Of a stretch of DNA of 13,553 nt, positions 6,487 to 13,553 are shown one piece after another; the stretch's first letter is position 1; each line of letters opens with the position of its first letter. Location: assembly GCA_043228905.1 (NCBI GenBank), contig JBHGNT010000942.1, positions 1 to 13,553 of the forward strand, given 5' to 3'. Position numbers and translations under genes: made by a program. The notes below the pieces were generated by a model that was given only the letters and a program-made list of their open reading frames with translations, searched no databases and was not told the DNA's origin. Origin of the DNA: Azolla caroliniana. Taxonomy: Eukaryota > Plantae > Polypodiophyta.

Positions 6487-9400
6487 CTGCAATCAAGTCT
6501 AAGGTTTATTTTGTTTTTCAATTTTCGTTCTCTTTTCCTTTTTCCTTGCTTTGTCTGTCCCTTTTCCTTCTTTTTGTTTTTTCCTTGCAGTTTTTGCTTT
6601 TCTTGTTCTTTGCTTTTTCCATGTTTTCCTTTTTCTATCTTTTTCTAGAAATACATTATAGAAAAAACCCTGAAATACTCTTTAAGTTTTTGTTTATTTC
6701 CCTAGATTTTTCATTAGTACCCCAAAACTGCCTTGGTCTATGCCTGAAAGACGGAAAGAAGAGGATAAAATAATTGACCACATAATTGCTCTTTCAAGGG
6801 GAAGGGGGGATAAAAAAGGGCATTCAAGCGGAATTGCGAAAAATGCACGGGCATTTCAAGGAAATAAAGGAGCACCAAAGGGTATTTCGGGGTTTTTTGT
6901 TATATGCATCTGTATATCATCTGAAACATAAAGCAAGGGGAAGAAATATTGAATACACATGTATACCTGTATCTTTGATCCCAAGAATTCGAATCTCTCG
7001 TTACAAAACCGAGGATGTTGAGATTTGTACATTGAAGGATGAAGAAAACAAAGCTGTTATTAAAACTATCTTCAATCAGAATATATATGACATATTCCTA
7101 AACATCACTAACTTGCATTCTGAATTCTTATGTGCTCCTTTCAATTATACAATTCAAATCTGTAATTTATTACAAATTAATACATTTTGGAAATGAGTTA
7201 TTTGGGGTTCACCAATGAGTTAATTGCTCAAGATGGGATACACCAAAGGGATTTGGGGCATTTGGTGAAAATAAATAAAAAGTCAGGGGTATTTTGGGGT
7301 TTTCCATGCAAACAATAGCATCCCAAGCATCAACTGCATTCTCATGAAAACAGATGGATGACAGTTTTGCAAACACAGTTATAACAATCAGATTATCGTG
7401 AACTGATGGTGTGATGACATGTAATAGTAATATCCAATTTCTTAAGAACTGGAACCATATAAAAAGCAGCTTTGTAATAATTAGAACATAGACCCTAAAC
7501 AAATGAGTTACATGATATGTCTTTAACAATTTTCTGCATATACCATACCTGAAGACCAAGCTCTAATTCTGCATTCCGGGCCATTGTAATGGCAGGGTCC
7601 CTATCCAATGCTGGCAAAGGATAACCCATTATTTGTAAAACCTTTGGAAGGCTGTCTATCTCCCAAAGGTTGCCTCTAAACCTATGAATACCAGGTGGAA
7701 CACATGCCCTATAAAGCATCGGTTTGGCAAAAAGTTCATCATCTGCTGTCTGTAAAAGTCAAATAAGTAGTTCAGACAGTGAACTCCAGCATTTACACCA
7801 CCAACAGTAATCTTAACTTCTTCTGTATTTACCAGAATACTTCCATGTCTTCAAAACTTAACAGAACATCTCTTCTTGACATCAAAAACTCACTAACTTG
7901 TTGGGTATATAGATTTAGCAGAATACCCCTCAGTTTTCAACACTTACTAGAATACCCAAATGAAATAAAAAAACTGCATTACAGATCAGCATTCTGATGT
8001 TTTAAACCTTGGGGTTATTCGGCTCAATTCCCAACAAGTTTGTGGTACTCTGGTGTTTCTCCCCTAAAATTATTGAACCTTCTTTTCCCTCAACATATTA
8101 AGACATAAATCAATTTCTTGCCTCCATCTTGCTGAGATCATCCCATTCCACTTGCTTCTCTTCCAATGCGGGGAAAACATAATCCACATCTTCTCGGCCA
8201 AGTCTTGGTTTTGGCTGGCAGTCTTTCACATCAGGATCAAATCCACAAACATCAAAAAGGAATCGATAGACTTCACTCATGCCCATACATAGATACAAAG
8301 CACCTACAATCGCACAAAATACTCCCCTGAAGAAACAGAGATTTTATATTAGTGAAAGCTATTTAAAAGGAAATTTTTTAAAAGCGGCTTCATATTCCTT
8401 TCTTAAGATGAAAGACTATGGGTTAACCAGTCTTTCTGGATTTTTCAGAACTGTGCAAACTAGACATACAAGAACAAAAATGAACATAACACCAAGATTT
8501 TGCCAAACCTAAGCTGAATATTTCAGTACCAAAATGGCTTTTTATTGAGGCTATCTTTACTTCTTGAAAATGATTGGAGCTAAGATTCCACTATAAATAT
8601 TAAGTGCATTTAACTTCAAATAAATGCATTCAGCTCTATCGTCACCAAATCAGACCTAGGTATGACAAACTAGAAAGTAAATTGCCCACAAAGCCGAAGA
8701 AGATTCGCATGGAATGCACGGTGCCATTCAAACTAACGGTAGCCTTCACTGTAGTTACATCCCTTATCTTTTTTGAAATCTGAGAAAAACTCTAACTTTG
8801 GAAATGTTCTTGCCTTCCATTTTCCTTGACCATGACTTTTGAATGTCCAAGAGTACTCAAGCACAAAGTGCAAACACAAGTTCGCGACAGTGACAATCCA
8901 TTGCTTTCTCTTATTTGATTTGAGTTTTTTCACGAGAAAACTTAACCTTCTTATAAGCTTCATCTGCATCTTAGACATACTTATCTGTCTCAAAATTCAT
9001 GTGCAAAATGGGTGACACTTTTTCCCCTCCCTCTACTCTCTTATAGGAGCCTTTCCCAATTCAACATCACCCAATTGAGGTAGGCATATTATTATTGTAC
9101 ACATATTCAACCAATGGTTACAACTGTTCCTAAGTTACTTTATGCTCTGAATTGTAGAAAGTTAAACCCAAAGTAATAGAATTGACTCTTCTGACTCAAC
9201 ATCCTCCTGTGGATGGAAGAAGATGAACCTTTATGCAATACTGATGTTTCCAAATAAAGTTCTCTGAGACAGACTTCTTGTCCTTGAGTTTCAGTCGTTG
9301 ACTATAGACACAGGCATCCCACGGTACTTAAAAAACATTATGCAGAAATATTTAGACAATGAGTTCCAGCTTTATGGGTTCACTTATTGAATCAAATTGT

Positions 9401-11490
9401 ATTAATCCATATCCTACCATTTATGGTTTGTGATCTCATAAGATCAAAATTAGAGTCAATATGTGTAATTTCCTAGAGTCAATATGTATAATGATACGTA
9501 ATTTCCCAGTAGCATCTTGAGGTGACATCATCATTATCAAGACAAATATAGCATAGAGAGTCTATAATACCATCAAGAGACTACCATAAAATGGATTCTT
9601 GAGGAGTGATGATCAATTAGTGAAACCAAATGAGAGCTAGGGGTCCTATAACCTGTCTCCCACTACAAGTGCAACGCACATTGAAGGTCCAATCTCTTAT
9701 TCCAAGCTTTTAACATTACAACAAACCCAGTTGGCACCCATCCAGACACCTGCATATCCAAGCTCTTGATTGGATGTTGCAATTTCTATTAGCTGTTTTG
9801 CAAAGACATTTACTTTCCCTTGGTATAGTTTAAGATGCTATACTTACAATCTGTAAAATGATTATTTGCACTGAGGTAATCATCATTTGGATGAATTTGA
9901 ATCAATCCTTGTTTGTTAACATTGCATTTTGTTAGCAATTGTTTTCAACCCTTGAGTTTTGAAAAATGAATTTGTAAAGCCATTTGTTTGTAATAGGGGC
10001 AATAGCTAAAGGTCTAATGATCTCAAAGTCAAAAAATGAATACTTTTAATAATGAACTTGACATTTGACTCAGCTCTTAGCTTCCAGTCCTCAACCATGA
10101 CATGTGTACATTTTATTTGTGGTTATACTTTATAATGGACATATGATCAAGGCAATGCTTTCTAGTGTGTTTTTTAGAACATAATATCCTGTTACTCTCA
10201 TTGCCAATCAGTTATATCTATGGTATAGATGTCTCACCATTAACATACCTTCCTTTCTATATCTACAAAACAATTCATAAATGGAAATCTTCACCTTATA
10301 GTCTGAAGTCGAGCATCAGTTCTGACTGCATTCATACCATCAGGATAGATAGCACCATCAAGAGATGCTATCTCTATCCATCGAGGAAATGCTCTCTTAT
10401 TGATGAGCCCAGAAATTCTCTCTCTCAAGCAAGCTGGAGTTTCTCGAGGGTACCTCATAAGCAAAAATTCAGCAAGGGCAAGCTCCAGGACATACTCTCC
10501 CAGGAAAGCGAGCCGAGAATGCCCAGTTTTTATTGATTTAATATGACCCCTCGCACTTTCTGGGTGTTGAAAAGCGAGGAAAAGCAGGGTATCCCGATGA
10601 AAAAGTGGGCTATCAGGCGAGATTTCGGTGTTCGTCCAAGAATAAGAATGATCCTTTCGCATGGAACTGACAGTTTTTTCAATGTCATCGGGATGACCCC
10701 CTTCTATAGGGTATCCAAAGGGATTTTTGGTCTCATCGGAATGAGCATTTTCGAGGGTGTATCCAAGGGAATCTTTGGCATTGCCTGAAAGGTCCTCTTC
10801 TTCATGAGGGTATCCAAGGGTATCTTCATCCTCATTGGAATGACCATCACCTTCAAGAGGGTATCCGCTGAGGGAATCTTCGATGGTATCAAATGTACGA
10901 CTCTCTTCACCGAGAGGGTACCCGAGGGCTTCTTTGATCTCAGGGAAATGATGATCCATCCATTCTTCATCTTCGGCTCGCAGAGAAGCAAAAGGGAGGC
11001 ATGAACTAAGCAAAGGTAAGGTCTTTAGTGAAAGCTGAGGGCTTCTTAAGAACTTGTTGGCCAGTCGAATATCATCCAGAGGGGGTTTAAGAATCGCATC
11101 TCGAACACCCAGAAGCTTATGTCGAGGAGGAGGCGGCCGCCCATCTCTACTCATGATTCTATTACCTTTCCTAGGTCTAACTTTAGTATTGCCTACATTT
11201 GGGGTCCTTGTCTGTTGTTTCTTGTATGAAGATGGTGCTGAGACAGCCGACCTTGATGCCTCCGCCATAGCTGTAAAGAGGCACTGCTTGTGGGCTTTCT
11301 TGTTCTTCTTCTCATTGCAAGATATGGAGGGGAAGTGTAGTAAAGATGGGAACAGGGCTTCTGATGAAGACAGAGATTTGTGTGTTGCAAAGAAGCCATA
11401 GCTTAACTTGTTGATGTTGTTGCTGTTAGTGATGGTGGTACATCCACAGAAGGCCATGTCTGCCATGGCTATGGCTATGGACATGGACAT
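6172..11490 (-). CDS. RNC1: RNC1-like plastid RNase III domain-containing group II intron splicing factor; join(11490-10295, 8326-8122, 7749-7549, 7053-6967, 6486-6172), 667 aa
   Basis: Spliced CDS of 2004 nt, in frame with no internal stop. Collinear RNC1 motifs: FLRSPQLSLKTLPLLSSCLP, DTLLFLAFQHP, GHSRLAFLGEYVLEL, YRACVPPGIHRFRGNLW, LCFLHPS..HPRFCNER, MAEKLLMKHLDAPG, HGLAYTVYGKADVRR.MFELFDFE. The Ser/Thr-rich N-terminus resembles a transit peptide. Orthologue versus paralogue is unresolved. Confidence 0.92.
6651..6909. mobile_element. MITE/fold-back-like element in intron 4
   Basis: Inverted repeat 6651-6683 versus 6877-6909 (26/33 ungapped, 20/22 in the core), plus an inner TTTATTTCC/GGAAATAAA pair. 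No clear TSD. Confidence 0.5.
6967..7053 (-). CDS. RNC1: RNC1-like exon 4 (87 nt, absent from the ORF track)
   Basis: Acceptor AACAG|; reads LCFLHPSMYKSQHPRFCNERFEFLGSKIQ; donor CAG|GTATAC. Confidence 0.92.
7549..7749 (-). CDS. RNC1: RNC1-like exon 3
   Basis: Acceptor TTTTACAG|; reads TADDELFAKPMLYRACVPPG...ARNAELELGLQ; donor CAG|GTATGG. Confidence 0.92.
8122..8326 (-). CDS. RNC1: RNC1-like exon 2
   Basis: Acceptor TTCTTCAG|; reads (R)GVFCAIVGALYLCMGMSEVYRFLF...EDVDYV...WDDLSKME; donor GAG|GCAAGA (GC). Confidence 0.88.
8670..9048 (-). mobile_element. Possible small non-autonomous Helitron in intron 1
   Basis: The - strand starts TCCTATAAGAGAG and ends CTAG|T. A CpG-decayed hairpin-like segment (8685-8712) lies about 12 nt from the end. 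The 5' flanking base is not the expected A. Confidence 0.3.
10295..11490 (-). CDS. RNC1: RNC1-like exon 1 (transit peptide, LGYP repeats, first RNase III-like domain)
   Basis: 399-aa ORF with donor AG|GTGAAG (phase 2). The exact start is uncertain among several in-frame Met codons (MSMSIAIAMADM). Confidence 0.9.
10690..10930 (-). repeat. Coding minisatellite: five 48-57 bp units encoding (L/S/F)GY(P/T)-acidic repeats
   Basis: GTATCC/GTACCC cores at 10711, 10759, 10810, 10861 and 10918. Spacings are 48, 51, 51 and 57 nt, all multiples of 3. Confidence 0.9.
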
Positions 11491-11722
11491 GGATGGAGTA
11501 GATACAAAAGACTATGCAGATAATACTTCTGCCATCATATATGTATGTACATACATATTATGTATATGCATATGGAGGAAAGAAAGCCCATTAGAGAACA
11601 CAAATGAGCATTAATTACACAGATTTACCGGAGTAGCCCCTCTCTCTTCATGGTTTAATGGAATTCTGTGAAGCTATATAAGTCACGACAGTGTGGGAGG
11701 TGCTCTCGAATGTATTATTATG

Positions 11723-12120
11723 TGACCAATAATATGACAGGCACGAGCAAAGGCAGACAGAGTTAGGCATTGTTCATGTTGTACGCTTAGAGTTGGTTCG
11801 TGATCCTCAATGCTCAACATTATTCGCTCATACCATTGTAGTTGAGAGAGTATACTGCACATTGTGACTCCTATAGTAGATATATGTGTAGGGATATGTT
11901 CGGGTTTATACTCACTTGAGGGAAAATATGCATAGTCAATCTAACAAGTCTTGACCAATATGACCGACACTAGCAAAGGCTGAGTCAAGCATTGTTCATG
12001 CCATATGCTCAGAGTTGGTTCGTGATCCTCAATGCCCAAGATTATTTGCTCATATCCATTGCGGTCAAGTGTAGAGTGCATTGTGTGACTCCTATAGTAG
12101 ATATATGTGTAGGAATATGT
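11723..12120. repeat. Diverged direct tandem duplication (~175-bp aligned unit, period ~221-229 bp) upstream of RNC1-like
   Basis: Copy 1 at 11723-11900, copy 2 at 11952-12120. Shared blocks AGAGTTGGTTCGTGATCCTCAATGC and GTGACTCCTATAGTAGATATATGTGTAGG. Confidence 0.92.
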
Positions 12121-12448
12121 TGTTGAGAGACAAGCTCAACATGAGTCGGATTGGCTAAAGGCCGGTAGGCCGATCAGTTAAAGAAGCCAACAACCGAAGC
12201 AGTTGAGGGAAGTCAGCTAAATAACCTGATAGCTAGGGCAGCCTAGGATAAGATTGATAGGCCGTTGGAGCCTATATTCCTAGTCTTAGTATTAGGAATA
12301 TTTTATGGAGTTAGTGTCATAGGCTCTTTATGAGCATTCAAGTACTGATGGTACTTGTGTCAGCTCGTTGTCAAAGCTTGTATAAAAGTGCTCATAAAGC
12401 ACACTTGTGTATACAGAGCATATTATTTTTTTGAATCTAAGTTAATCT

Positions 12449-12500
<52 letters not shown>

Positions 12501-12596
12501 CCCGCTTACTATATTTTTGCTTTTCTCTGTGTTTCACCTAACTGTGGTTGAGCTTATTGTGTTGTTCATAAGCTTCCGCATACGAAACTCATTACA
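12121..12596 (+). mobile_element. 5' LTR (~476 bp) of a Ty1/Copia retrotransposon
   Basis: TGTTGA...TTACA. Starts where tandem copy 2 loses similarity to copy 1. TATAAAAG near 12381; PBS follows directly. Confidence 0.82.
12453..12497. repeat. (CT)22 microsatellite inside the Copia LTR
   Basis: Directly visible. Confidence 0.97.
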
Positions 12597-12608
12597 TGGT
12601 ATCACAGC
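12597..12608 (+). other. Primer-binding site, tRNA-iMet (TGGTATCACAGC)
   Basis: 11/12 match to TGGTATCAGAGC, immediately after the LTR-terminal CA. Confidence 0.88.
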
Positions 12609-12754
12609 GTGAGGGTTGAATATTCTCTACTGCCGACAAGTGATTTCAACACAGACAAGCCTTTGATCTCTAGACAAAGATTCACAGGAACATGGACAGA
12701 TTTGTCGAGGCGGTCTAGCTCAAAAGTATGGGCCAAATTGGACGACTGTCCACA

Positions 12755-13553
12755 CACACAAGGGAGAAACCGTCGTCATTTTTCGACTTGCAATTGATGC
12801 TCCTGGCAGAGGAGAACCACACATGTGCGTCGACGAGCACACACACAGACAACAAAAATTTGTACACGGAGGTGGAGAGGCCCCGTGGTCGTGGTGGACG
12901 CGGTGGATCGGCACGCAATGGTAGCGACTAACAAGAGCAGAACCATAGGCACAAGGGAGGTGCCGACAACAACGAACCCTCCACAAGTAGGGGGGGTCAG
13001 GGTGGTGCTGGAAGCTAGCAAAATAAATTCATTGATTGCTGGCATTTTGGTCGAAAGGGCCACAAGGAGAGCGAGTGCTAGAAGAAACAGGCAGATTCAG
13101 ACAAAGTCGGATCAAATAGAGTCGACTCTGAGAGACGGCAGAGATTGCACTACGCTAAAGGCTCGGGGGGAGCCGGAACGGGCCATGCCTTTGTCATGAA
13201 GCACAAAGCCAACTCGATGAAGATGAGCACCTCGAAGCCGAACGAGGTGTGGTATGTGGATTCCAGAGTTTCCAACCACATGACGAACCATGAAGAATGC
13301 TTCTCTTTTTTAGAGAAGCCGGAGCAACCAAGGGTCGTTGAAACCGGGGGCGACAACCCTCATCCCATTGAACATATCGGAGATGTCCCTCTAAGCCATG
13401 TCGGTCAAAGAGGAATCATGAGAAATGGTTTGCATGTGCCAACAATCACCAATAACTTGGTGTTGGTCAGACAAATTGTGGACCATGGCATGCAAGTTCA
13501 ATTTACTCACTTCGGGTGCTTCATAGAGGAAGAAGGCCAGATTATTGCGCAAC
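12755..13553 (+). mobile_element. Ty1/Copia gag C-terminus, zinc knuckle and protease remnant (pseudogenised), runs off the window
   Basis: One frame reads REKPSSFFDLQLMLLAEENH...RGRGGRGG...CWHFGRKGHKESEC*KK...VWYVDSRVSNHMT...LHVPTITNNLVLVRQIVDHGMQVQFTHFGCFI. Stops at 12929, 13016 and 13079; the CCHC and DSG motifs are mutated. Confidence 0.92.

Noticed and set aside
6358-7559. Several 60-136 aa ORFs (Phe-rich or intronic)
   Set aside because: They arise from low-complexity intron sequence or lie antisense to exons.
9451-9487. TAGAGTCAATATGT duplicated in intron 1
   Set aside because: Ordinary short local slippage duplication.
10690-10930. Regularly spaced repeats as a CRISPR-like array
   Set aside because: The repeats are short and degenerate, spaced in multiples of 3, and inside a eukaryotic coding exon. 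No cas genes.
11539-11558. Perfect 20-bp palindrome ATATGTATGTACATACATAT ~50 nt upstream of the ATG
   Set aside because: Real, but built from low-complexity TATG/CATA units, which form palindromes easily.
10165-11614. + strand ORFs overlapping exon 1
   Set aside because: Antisense shadows of the RNC1-like CDS without homology.
11723-12120. Direct repeats as the two LTRs of a TRIM
   Set aside because: No TG...CA pair, PBS or convincing PPT in the ~50-bp spacer.

Overview
Plant nuclear DNA, probably a fern or other seed-free plant (inferred from the 'DRGELD'-type Gypsy integrase and the transit-peptide style). It has three parts. (1) 1-5288 is a nested pile of decayed transposons. A + strand Ty3/Gypsy integrase with PPT and 3' LTR start is interrupted by a non-autonomous hAT element (8-bp TSD). 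It is also interrupted by a - strand Tat-like LTR element whose internal region carries no gag/pol. That region instead holds co-oriented host gene fragments without visible introns: the eEF1A N-terminus, an MS5/TDM1/SDI1-family TPR gene, Aurora kinase and possibly another TPR gene. (2) 6172-11490 is an apparently intact five-exon - strand gene for a divergent RNC1-like plastid RNase III-domain splicing factor of about 667 aa. It has a GC-AG intron and a five-fold tandem amplification of its 'LGYP' motif. (3) 11723-13553 is a ~225-bp tandem duplication upstream of that gene, cut by a decayed Ty1/Copia element (5' LTR, PBS, gag-protease remnant). The most interesting signal is the multi-gene cargo inside the LTR element at 1-1984. 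All protein assignments come from recognising motifs by eye; no database search was run.
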